This document shows positions 45,753 through 54,634 of a DNA stretch of 64,000 nucleotides, piece after piece. The translations under genes and the position numbers were made by a program. Numbering within the stretch: the stretch's first letter is position 1; each line of letters opens with the position of its first letter. Source of the DNA: Candidatus Cryptobacteroides sp. (lineage in GTDB: Bacteria; Bacteroidota; Bacteroidia; Bacteroidales; UBA932); assembly GCA_045586745.1 (NCBI GenBank), contig JAZNAW010000105.1, positions 308 to 64,307 on the forward strand. Reading direction: 5' to 3'. The notes below the pieces were generated by a model. The model was not told the origin of the DNA, searched no databases, and saw only the letters and a program-made list of their open reading frames with translations.

Positions 45753-46853
45753 ATGACATACACTGAGGGATATTTACTTGACGGACGCTATCGCTTCGAT
45801 CGTTTTATCGGAAGCGGAAGCTATGGTGAAGTCTGGAAGGCGACTGATGTTGCAACTGAACTGGAAGTTGCAGTCAAGATTTATGTGGCAATGGATGAAA
45901 AAGGTCTTCAAGACTTTAAGAAGGAGTTTCAGATCTCGTTTGAACTGAATCACTCCAATCTTCTTCATGCAAACTATATGGGAGTGAATCTTGATGATAA
46001 GAGGGCTTATCTGGTAATGCCGTTCTGTCCCGATGGTTCTGTGACAAAATTCCAAGGACAGATGGCTGAAAATGAGGTATGGCGTTTCATAAGGGACGTA
46101 GCGTCTGGCCTTGCATATCTGCATTCAAAGCAGCCTCCTATCATTCATCAGGATATCAAGCCGGATAATATTCTCATATACAAGAACGGTGATTTTGTCA
46201 TCACCGATTTCGGAATCAGCAAGCAGCTTCGTGCAACTCTTCGAAAGACTGCAAATTCACTTAATTCAGCAGGTTCCATTTCATATATGGGACCAGAAAG
46301 ATTCAGCAAGCAGCATCATGCGGTGAAGGCCAGTGACATATGGTCTTTAGGTGCTTCTGTTTATGAGCTAGTTACTAATGAACTGCCTTTCTGCGGTATG
46401 GGTGGCAGTCTTCTTAAACAAGGTGCGGATATGCCCGATCTTCCTGAAACATATTCGGATACCTTGAATATGGTCTGTCAGGCATGTATGGCGAAGGAAC
46501 CTTGGAATCGTCCGACTGCTCAGCAGCTTGCAGATTTCGCGGCCAAGATTCTGGAAGGCAATCCATCACCAAAGGTTACTTGGGTCAAGGAAGATGTCTC
46601 TTCCGTTGAAACTTCCGTTCAGAATCCGGTGTCTCAAGAACAGACTCCTGCTCCAAACGCAATGAAGCAGACAATAGCATTCGTTGAGCCTCGACAGGAT
46701 GTACAGAAGGAAGTGGCTCAGGTTGTTGTTCATCCGGCAGATGCTCCTCAGCCGGTGGCACAGCCGTCGGAAAAACCTCTGGCTGCGTGGGTGTGGGCTG
46801 CCGTTGCCATTGCCGGTCTGGCAGCAGGTCTTTTATTGAACTATATTATTTGA
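45753..46853 (+). CDS. Hanks-type Ser/Thr kinase (non-RD), tail-anchored
   Basis: GSGSYG, AVK, HQDIKPDN, DFG, YMGPE, SDIWSLG; Pro/Gln linker and terminal TM. Confidence 0.95.
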   Translation: MTYTEGYLLDGRYRFDRFIGSGSYGEVWKATDVATELEVAVKIYVAMDEKGLQDFKKEFQISFELNHSNLLHANYMGVNLDDKRAYLVMPFCPDGSVTKFQGQMAENEVWRFIRDVASGLAYLHSKQPPIIHQDIKPDNILIYKNGDFVITDFGISKQLRATLRKTANSLNSAGSISYMGPERFSKQHHAVKASDIWSLGASVYELVTNELPFCGMGGSLLKQGADMPDLPETYSDTLNMVCQACMAKEPWNRPTAQQLADFAAKILEGNPSPKVTWVKEDVSSVETSVQNPVSQEQTPAPNAMKQTIAFVEPRQDVQKEVAQVVVHPADAPQPVAQPSEKPLAAWVWAAVAIAGLAAGLLLNYII

Positions 46854-46857
46854 TGAC

Positions 46858-48429
46858 ATGAGGCGACTATTCATAACCCTATTATTGATATGTCTTCTTC
46901 AGCCTATGGTCTTGAGATCTCAGACTATCACGAACAGTGAACGGAGATACATAAATTCCAAAGTACTTGATCTTATAGAAGATTTTGAAAGTTATGCATC
47001 TATGTATGATGAAGATGCAGTGTATTATATGGGTACTCTGTTTGAAAGCGAAAACTCTCCTGTCCTCTGCGACATGATAGGTTCTCCTCAATATCAGACA
47101 AGGATCCCTGTTTCGGAGTATATGTCTCTTCTTACCTCACAGAGTCTTAATACAAGTATTGTGATACGGGATGTAAAGAAGGGAACCATGAGCTACTCTG
47201 ACGGAAAATGGCGTATTCCTGTGACTTTCAACAAGGATCTTGCATATATAGATAAGGGTGGATATCTGTTTTCAGTATCATCTTATTACTTGAAGGAATT
47301 CACTATGACGATGAATGTCATATATGACAGAGATCGTGATGTCTGTTTCATTGAGTCCATTGATGGTAAGCTTTCATCAGAAAAAACCTTTCCTAAGGGA
47401 CGCTTCCTTATCATCGATGATACGGATAATTATGACACTGACTGGCAAAAACACTTCTCTACACTTACTGTAGGAGGAGAACCGCTCGAGTTCAATGAGT
47501 CAGGGTATGCCATACTTCCGAATGCAGAACCGCAAGTTAAGGATTTTGACGTCATTGTTGTTACAGACACTGTCGGAACAGGCTTTAACTACGATGTAGT
47601 AAAGTATGATTTCATTCCACTGAATACCCGTCTTAAACTGCGTTATGGAATGGCTCCTTTCGGTGCGTATGATGTGACATTCAAGGAATCGGACAGCGAG
47701 ATTGGAAACAAATCACAAGCGATGGAGTTCGGTGTGGATCTGGGCTTTACTTTCTCTGTCGGAAGTGCTTCAAAGATGGGATTCTATTTTGGTGCAGCAC
47801 TTTCGATGAGCACTCTGGAACTGGCTCTTGCACAACCTCTGTCATACGATTATAAATATACTGCCGTAAATGGTAACCTGCCATCGGACAATACACCTTT
47901 ATATAAGACCGAGACCAGGAAGTATACTGTATCTGATGCATCTGAAGCTGTCAGATATACAGATCTGATGGTTCCTGTCTATTTTGAAATTGAGCATAGG
48001 CTTGGAAAGCACGCAATGTTTTCATGGAATCTGGGCGCTAAGGCATATTATGCACTCGGTGCCGAAAACACTGTTCCATATACAGTCAAGGTGAATGATT
48101 CGGTATTGAATAATCAGAATAAGTTTGTTGAGCCGAATAAGTATTCTAAAGACCTGGACTTTGATCTGAGTCTTATGGCGAATATTGGACTTGACATAAA
48201 TCTCTTGAAAAGGAGACTGTATCTTTCTTTGAAAGGTGGTTATGAATATGGTATTTTGCAGACCTATTCGTCAGATACAAATCCTTACTTAAGTTCCTCA
48301 AGCCAATCAAATGTATATCCTGTCGTATTTGATGGCAGCAAGGATGTGGCAGTGCATTCTTTGATAAGTGGAGTTTCATTCAAGCGCAGTGCCATTTGGC
48401 TCTCTGCCGGTTTAAAATTTAAGTTGTAG
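46858..48429 (+). CDS. Outer-membrane beta-barrel protein with N-terminal periplasmic domain
   Basis: Signal peptide; amphipathic strands in the C-terminal half (FGVDLGFTF, LSLKGGYEYG, WLSAGLKFKL). Confidence 0.75.
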   Translation: MRRLFITLLLICLLQPMVLRSQTITNSERRYINSKVLDLIEDFESYASMYDEDAVYYMGTLFESENSPVLCDMIGSPQYQTRIPVSEYMSLLTSQSLNTSIVIRDVKKGTMSYSDGKWRIPVTFNKDLAYIDKGGYLFSVSSYYLKEFTMTMNVIYDRDRDVCFIESIDGKLSSEKTFPKGRFLIIDDTDNYDTDWQKHFSTLTVGGEPLEFNESGYAILPNAEPQVKDFDVIVVTDTVGTGFNYDVVKYDFIPLNTRLKLRYGMAPFGAYDVTFKESDSEIGNKSQAMEFGVDLGFTFSVGSASKMGFYFGAALSMSTLELALAQPLSYDYKYTAVNGNLPSDNTPLYKTETRKYTVSDASEAVRYTDLMVPVYFEIEHRLGKHAMFSWNLGAKAYYALGAENTVPYTVKVNDSVLNNQNKFVEPNKYSKDLDFDLSLMANIGLDINLLKRRLYLSLKGGYEYGILQTYSSDTNPYLSSSSQSNVYPVVFDGSKDVAVHSLISGVSFKRSAIWLSAGLKFKL

Positions 48430-48431
48430 TT

Positions 48432-49124
48432 ATGGGAAAAGGTGTTAGAACGGCATTGTTATGCCTTGTGTTTGTAGCATTTGCTGCAGGTGGATATATT
48501 CTGGGTGGAAAAGTTTTTGACAAAAGTAGTGTTGAGGTTGTGGAAGAGCCTGTTCTCCCTGTAGTTTCTACAGTTCCTGTGCTTCTGGAGGATGGAATTA
48601 CCGCTCCTAAACGTGCAAATGACGGAACATTCAGTTTTACCGCTGGCGCATATGTGGAAAGTGAAGATCAGCTGATGTACATCCTGTATGCTGATGAAGC
48701 TTGTACTCAGGAAGTCAAGAAAGACCTTTATGGCAACTTCGAAAGTCTCCCTGCACTTGAAACTGAAACATATTATCTACGGGCACAGAATGTAGCTACG
48801 AAGGAATTTTCTGAGGTTGTTCCTGTCAAGGGTTTTGCGAAGCCTCAACTCATGATGTATCAGAAGATCACCAAGGAAGAACTGAACAATATCATCAATG
48901 TAAATAAGAATTACAGTGCAGCTCCTAAGGGATTCAGTCATAGAATCGCACCTTCTTTCAAGGTGGTGGTCAATGGAGCTGATGCAGGTGATGAAAATGT
49001 AGCTAAGATTGACGAAATATGTGCGAAGGTCATGATGGAAATCTGGAGCTCTGTAAGCATCGATGAGATTACATACGACTCGCAGAACAGAATGAATAAA
49101 CTTGTGATAACAGTAAATTATTAG
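48432..49124 (+). CDS. Membrane-anchored protein, C-terminus reminiscent of Bacteroidetes TssP
   Basis: N-terminal TM, Ig-like beta region, C-terminal KITKEEL...KVVVNG...C...IDEI...NKLVITV. CDS is solid; TssP similarity is by eye only. Confidence 0.6.
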   Translation: MGKGVRTALLCLVFVAFAAGGYILGGKVFDKSSVEVVEEPVLPVVSTVPVLLEDGITAPKRANDGTFSFTAGAYVESEDQLMYILYADEACTQEVKKDLYGNFESLPALETETYYLRAQNVATKEFSEVVPVKGFAKPQLMMYQKITKEELNNIINVNKNYSAAPKGFSHRIAPSFKVVVNGADAGDENVAKIDEICAKVMMEIWSSVSIDEITYDSQNRMNKLVITVNY

Positions 49125-49126
49125 TC

Positions 49127-49732
49127 ATGAGAAGATTAGCGGTTTCGATATTTACATTGCTTTTGTCAGTAGCTGGTTTTGCACAGACTAAGTCTTTTGA
49201 GTTCTATTATATTGCACATGATAGAACTACTCCTGTAAACGACCTTTGTGAGATATTGGAGGATGCATATAATACTGCTGACAGATATGATGACTGTGCG
49301 GTAATCTTCTATCTGCCGAACTTTGATGAGCCGATCACTGTCAAGATAAATCTGGACGGAGACAACCGTCAGGATTTCAAGAATATCATTTCAGAACTCA
49401 GACTCAAGCCAGCCCATGAGATCTATGCTGATGTGGATTATGCGAATATAGTGGATCTGATCAATCAATATGACTTCATTGATTCAGAAGGAAATCCCAC
49501 ATATACATCGGCTACTTTTTATTGGTATATAAATCCGGATTTCTGGCAGTTTCTTTATAATGAGGAACTTATTGCATCGCTTTACTTCAATATGGAGTTT
49601 GACCGATATCCGGGATATGTGTCAACACAGATCTGGCATGCTTCAGGAGATGGTCTCCAAGTGGATAAAAAGTATCCGTTCGGTACAAAGAATTTGTGCA
49701 AGGATATGAACTTCATGCTCTATCAGTATTAA
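49127..49732 (+). CDS. Secreted hypothetical protein
   Basis: Signal peptide AGFA/Q; 201 aa; coupled to neighbours. Confidence 0.8.
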   Translation: MRRLAVSIFTLLLSVAGFAQTKSFEFYYIAHDRTTPVNDLCEILEDAYNTADRYDDCAVIFYLPNFDEPITVKINLDGDNRQDFKNIISELRLKPAHEIYADVDYANIVDLINQYDFIDSEGNPTYTSATFYWYINPDFWQFLYNEELIASLYFNMEFDRYPGYVSTQIWHASGDGLQVDKKYPFGTKNLCKDMNFMLYQY

Positions 49733-49756
49733 ACGAAATAACAGAATAATGAACAT

Positions 49757-52123
49757 ATGAAAAAATTAGGATTAATTTTAGCCTTGACTATTGCAGGAGT
49801 GTGTGCTCTTTCTGCACAGACAACATTACCTGATAAATGTCAGGTCTTCTACCCTGATGTCCTTCTGTCTTCCGTAGTGCTTCGTGAGTCAGATGCCATG
49901 AAATTGGAACGATCTTCAGATTTTGGACAGAATAAGCCTCCAAGAAACAAGACCTTCTGGGTCGTTTACAGTGATCGGGATGAAAATGTAACATATACGA
50001 CTCCTGGAGGTGATGCAAAGTTCTCCTCTCTCAATCTGAACGATCGTCTGAGAATCGCTCAGATAAAGAACGGTTATGCCTTGGTCTATACTGAACCTCA
50101 GGCTGACATTGCATATCCGATGATTTCTCAATTTGCGGAGTGTAAGGGATGGATTTCAATGAAAAGACTTCTTCTCTGGCACTCATGTCCGGCGAATGAA
50201 AAGGATATCTATCATAAAGCCCTTCTTTGTGTCAATCTTGATGAAGTTGCAGGTGTTGAGACAGGAAAGCTTTACCGTAACCCAGCCAACAAGCGCAAAA
50301 GTGAATTCCTTACTACAAATATGGATTTCTATTTTGTCATGAAGCGTGAGGGTGAACTTGCTTTGCTCGCGAGAAACCATACTCTGGACGGTCGTTCTGA
50401 CAATGTCCTTCTTGGATGGGTTACCACACAGTCATACGTGGAGTGGAACCAGAGGTCCTGTCTGGAACCGACCTGGGAAAAGAGAGATGCCGAGTATTTT
50501 GCCGACGAAGGTGTCGTTATAGATATCTATGACATGACCAAGGACAAGTGTGTGACTCAGATACCTTTCAAACGTAAAGAGGCCACTGGCGGTAATGATC
50601 CTCATCTTTATAGAATGAACAAGGATCAGCTCCGTTTCCCTATTCTTGACGGAAGTACGGAGGATCAGTACAACTGTTCGACATTCGGAACAGCTGGCGG
50701 TGCTCCTACAGTAGTTGAAGGAGCGGCAGATGATGTTGAAAGTCCGCTTGGATTTTCTGAGGAGCAGCTTCAGCAGATGACGAACATCAATATCGGTGTG
50801 GTTATCGACGGTACATCATCTATGGAATCTTTCTATCCGGCTGTAAAGGAAGCTATCAAGGAAGGTGCGAAATTCTTCAATGACAAGTATAATGTCAAGG
50901 TAGGAGCTGTGATTTATCGTGACTACACTGATGGTGAATTCGTTACGGAGAAATTTGCTCTTACTAGAGCCGAAAATCCTAAATTGGGTGAGTGGCTTGA
51001 TTCCGGTGGAAAATATGGCATCAAGAGCAATACGAAAGACAAGACTCTTGAAGAGGCCATGTACGAGGGTATCAATGTCGCCCTTGATCAGCTTGGTTTC
51101 GACCCTCAGCAGAGCAATCTGCTGCTTGTTGTCGGCGACTGCGGAAATGATCGTGATGATTCGAAATACAAGTCGGGTGACATCGTTGCAAAGCTTGTGG
51201 AGAAGAATGTCCATATGATGGGATTCCAGGTAAGAAAGGGCGATGAGGATGCATTCGGCCTCTTTAATAACCAGCTTCAGCAGATTATGGTTGAGAGCCT
51301 TAGGCTCAAGTATGCTAATCTAAACTGGACAGGAAAACTCCAGATGAAGCAGACTCCTGACGGATATTCGCTTGTAAATGATGTAAAGAGCAATATCTTC
51401 ATCGGTTCACATTATATGCCTCAGGCAGGTGTGCGTCAGATCGAGCTTAGCAAGCTCTCCAAACTGATGCAGGAAGCCATAATGTATTGCTCTGAATCTG
51501 TACAGACACAGATAAATCTCATGAATACATGGCAGAACAGAGGATTCAAGAGAAGTGACATTGATACGGGTATCGACCTTAACGAGGAGTTCCTTAAGTG
51601 GAAGCTTGGTGCTGAGAGATACGAGGAATATAAGAAGGCTAATTCCCTGATGACCTTCAAGGGTTATACAGACAAGAAGCATAAGACTGGCCGTTCCTTC
51701 TTCAAGTCAGTGGTATTCATCTCATCTGATGAGCTTAATACCCTTATTGAGCGTCTGGCACAAGTGAACAGTGCTACCGTTTCCCAGGGAAATGACAGAC
51801 GTCCTTATATAAATGCTATGAAGTCTCTTGTCCAGACAATGGACCCATCGATCACTGATGAGAGAATCAACCAATACGGCATCAACGAAGTCATGAATAT
51901 CATTTCTGGTCTTAATGAGGCAGCCGGTGCGTTGAGAGGTGATTATACAATCGCGGAAATCGCTGACCCTCAGGCTGTTTCAAACGTTGAGTATCTATCT
52001 CTCGTTCAGTCTTTCAATCGTAAGTATAAGGCACTTCAGCGACTTAAGGCGCAGCAATATAAGTACACATATACTGTGAATGGCCTTAAATATTATTGGC
52101 TTCCTGTAGAGGATCTTCCATAG
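49757..52123 (+). CDS. TssR-like periplasmic protein with von Willebrand A domain
   Basis: Signal peptide; WVVYSDR..N.TY..PGG, GWI....LLLW, WNQRSCLEP, VWA NIGVVIDGTSSM (MIDAS-like), VVGDCGN, terminal YYWLPVEDLP, a motif order recalled for the Bacteroidetes TssR family. Confidence 0.75.
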   Translation: MKKLGLILALTIAGVCALSAQTTLPDKCQVFYPDVLLSSVVLRESDAMKLERSSDFGQNKPPRNKTFWVVYSDRDENVTYTTPGGDAKFSSLNLNDRLRIAQIKNGYALVYTEPQADIAYPMISQFAECKGWISMKRLLLWHSCPANEKDIYHKALLCVNLDEVAGVETGKLYRNPANKRKSEFLTTNMDFYFVMKREGELALLARNHTLDGRSDNVLLGWVTTQSYVEWNQRSCLEPTWEKRDAEYFADEGVVIDIYDMTKDKCVTQIPFKRKEATGGNDPHLYRMNKDQLRFPILDGSTEDQYNCSTFGTAGGAPTVVEGAADDVESPLGFSEEQLQQMTNINIGVVIDGTSSMESFYPAVKEAIKEGAKFFNDKYNVKVGAVIYRDYTDGEFVTEKFALTRAENPKLGEWLDSGGKYGIKSNTKDKTLEEAMYEGINVALDQLGFDPQQSNLLLVVGDCGNDRDDSKYKSGDIVAKLVEKNVHMMGFQVRKGDEDAFGLFNNQLQQIMVESLRLKYANLNWTGKLQMKQTPDGYSLVNDVKSNIFIGSHYMPQAGVRQIELSKLSKLMQEAIMYCSESVQTQINLMNTWQNRGFKRSDIDTGIDLNEEFLKWKLGAERYEEYKKANSLMTFKGYTDKKHKTGRSFFKSVVFISSDELNTLIERLAQVNSATVSQGNDRRPYINAMKSLVQTMDPSITDERINQYGINEVMNIISGLNEAAGALRGDYTIAEIADPQAVSNVEYLSLVQSFNRKYKALQRLKAQQYKYTYTVNGLKYYWLPVEDLP

Positions 52124-52147
52124 TGACAAGTAAAAAGTTTTAGACAG

Positions 52148-53020
52148 ATGAACAAATTATTTGAGATTGCTGATCTGAGATGTTCGTATGACAGGAATTA
52201 CCGGGAAGGAGTTTCTAAGATTGTTCTTGAAATACACAATCTTACTCTTCCGAAAGGCAAGAAGGTCTTTATTGTCGGTGAATCGGGAATTGGAAAAAGT
52301 ACCATTCTGGAGGTGCTTGGTCTGATGAACAATACAATAGTCCCTCAAGACAATACCAGGTTTCTCTTTTACGAAGATGATGATAAGCCGGTAGATCTGA
52401 TGGCCTTGTGGAAGAAAGGAAGTGATGATGAACTGTCCGAATTCAGACTCAGACACTTTAATTTCATTTTCCAGAGCACAAATCTTATGCGCAATTTTAC
52501 TGCTTATGAGAACATTGCTCTTACTCGTATGCTTCAGGGCTATTCTCAGACTGAGGCTTTCGAGAAAGCGTCACAGGTGCTTTCAGATCTAGGATTGGGA
52601 CATATAGGAGAAGAGCGCATGGCTCAGGAACTTTCTGGAGGACAGCAGCAGAGGCTTGCTTTTGCACGTGCTATCCTACCTGATTTTACCATCCTTTTCG
52701 GTGATGAGCCTACCGGAAACCTTGACAGCGACAATGCCGTCAAGGCGATGGAGCTTCTTTCTGCCAAACTTAATGAGCTTGAGGGCAGTTCGGCAATTAT
52801 CGTATCTCACGACATGCATCTGTCTGCTACTTTTGCAGATATCATAATCAAGATCAGGAAGGAGAGTCGTAGAGTTGAGGCTGTAAGGGATGAGGTTATA
52901 TATTACGGTGTAATAGACGATACATGTATATTTACACCTTCTGAAGACAGAAAGACCTGGAGTAACGGTATTGAAACTTATCCGGCAGACGAATTTGAGT
53001 TGTACTTGAAGAAAATCTAA
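52148..53020 (+). CDS. ABC ATPase (LolD/MacB-like)
   Basis: GESGIGKS, FIFQ, LSGGQQQR, DEPTGNLD, SHD. Confidence 0.93.
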   Translation: MNKLFEIADLRCSYDRNYREGVSKIVLEIHNLTLPKGKKVFIVGESGIGKSTILEVLGLMNNTIVPQDNTRFLFYEDDDKPVDLMALWKKGSDDELSEFRLRHFNFIFQSTNLMRNFTAYENIALTRMLQGYSQTEAFEKASQVLSDLGLGHIGEERMAQELSGGQQQRLAFARAILPDFTILFGDEPTGNLDSDNAVKAMELLSAKLNELEGSSAIIVSHDMHLSATFADIIIKIRKESRRVEAVRDEVIYYGVIDDTCIFTPSEDRKTWSNGIETYPADEFELYLKKI

Positions 53021-53026
53021 TATCCT

Positions 53027-54604
53027 ATGAAGATAGTTGATGCATTGAAAAACGATTACTTCCGTCTTTTTGTCAAGAGGGAGGGCAAAGTCGTCTTGGG
53101 AAAGAACTATTCAAGCTTATGGCTGCTCACAGGAGTACTTACAGCTACATTCCTCGCGATAGCATTCAGTAATGCCAGTCTGAATTATCTTTCATACAAA
53201 ATGGATGATCCCTTCATCAATTGGGTTGATATAAAGAATGAATTTGGTGAAGGTGACTTTTTCGGATTGGAATATGCTTTGGAGGCTGACAATAATAAGG
53301 AAACTTTCCATTATGGTAGTTTTCAGAGTGATCATTCCTTCTCTTTTATGTTTTTCGGTAAGACGGATGATAACGTTCAGTATCTGAAATGCCGTTTTTT
53401 TGAAGACATAAATACAACTTTGGTTGAAGAGATCCTCAATAAGGACAATGTGATAAGGAACTGGAGGGTAAAGGATCTTTCTGCAGTGGATCCGAATACT
53501 GTCGGAGTCATAATCACTGAGGAAGCAATCAAGAAATTAGGTTATGAGATCGCTCCGACGTTCATTGATGTTGCCAGAGTCAATGATGGTGCAGATTATT
53601 ACGGATTTACTGTAGATGCTCTTGGTCAGGCAAGATGTCCTGTGCCTGTTCTTGGAGTTGTTGAAAGACTCCCCGGAAATGTGGATGTAATTTCAAGTAC
53701 ATATTTTTATAAGCAGCAGTTGAACGATTATACCTATCCTTTCAACCTCTGTAAGGATAAGTATGCAAGAAATTTGAGCTATTTTGTACCGGCCGATATG
53801 GACCTTTCCAAGTTCCATGAGGCTGTAAAGTCTGCAGCGGCAGAATATACCGATGCAGAAATCGAAATGGATGAATATACATTCTATACACCGGAGATTA
53901 TACCTTTCCGAGAGGGTAACTTCGTTTCTATGGAATGTTTTCAGGACCGTCTCGACTATGATGTCTGGAGGCAGATAAATGCGAAGGTTCTGGATGAATA
54001 TGCTGACAAGGGTGTATATCGTGTTATTGCTTATGACTTCAGTCCATATGATCTTTCGCAGAAATCATTCATTTCAGTGCATTTTAATGATCTGGACAAG
54101 ATAAGAGACTTCGAGATATTTGTAAGGGAAAATTATAAGGTCAAGATTGAGATGTCTCAGATCAATGCCAAAGAAAATTTCAATGCAGTCAGCACTATGG
54201 GTAATATCCTTTCATGGGGTATCATAGTTTTTGCGATTGTCTGCATAATTCTCTTCATTGTTAATCTTCTTCAGTCTTACTTCCAGAAAGTAAAGCGAAA
54301 TCTGGGAACGTTCAAGGCCTTTGGAATAAGCAACCGTGACCTGATAAGCGTGTATGTCCTTATCATGGCTGCAATTGTATTGGCTGCCATCTTCATGTCA
54401 ATTTCGGTGGCATGGTTCATTCAGGGTTTGATGCATGTCTGCGGCATACTCAAGGATGGCCTGTTTGACTATCTTTACCTTTGGAGCGGTAAGACGGTGT
54501 GCTCGATTGCAATTATCATCATGGCTTCCGTATATACGGTATTTACGGTTATGCGTAACCTCCTGAAGGCTACCCCAGGTGATTTGATATATGACAGACA
54601 GTAA
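53027..54604 (+). CDS. ABC permease (FtsX/LolC/MacB type: 1 TM, large periplasmic domain, 3 TMs)
   Basis: TM topology; KRNLGTFKAFGIS motif; terminal TPGDLIY. Confidence 0.88.
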   Translation: MKIVDALKNDYFRLFVKREGKVVLGKNYSSLWLLTGVLTATFLAIAFSNASLNYLSYKMDDPFINWVDIKNEFGEGDFFGLEYALEADNNKETFHYGSFQSDHSFSFMFFGKTDDNVQYLKCRFFEDINTTLVEEILNKDNVIRNWRVKDLSAVDPNTVGVIITEEAIKKLGYEIAPTFIDVARVNDGADYYGFTVDALGQARCPVPVLGVVERLPGNVDVISSTYFYKQQLNDYTYPFNLCKDKYARNLSYFVPADMDLSKFHEAVKSAAAEYTDAEIEMDEYTFYTPEIIPFREGNFVSMECFQDRLDYDVWRQINAKVLDEYADKGVYRVIAYDFSPYDLSQKSFISVHFNDLDKIRDFEIFVRENYKVKIEMSQINAKENFNAVSTMGNILSWGIIVFAIVCIILFIVNLLQSYFQKVKRNLGTFKAFGISNRDLISVYVLIMAAIVLAAIFMSISVAWFIQGLMHVCGILKDGLFDYLYLWSGKTVCSIAIIIMASVYTVFTVMRNLLKATPGDLIYDRQ

Positions 54605-54634
54605 CCTGTCTATTTATTACAAATAAAGAAACGT

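Noticed and set aside
44711-52123. TerY-phosphorylation triad (VWA + PP2C + kinase)
   Set aside because: The VWA domain here lies inside a 788-aa signal-peptide protein rather than a small cytoplasmic TerY, and the gene order differs.
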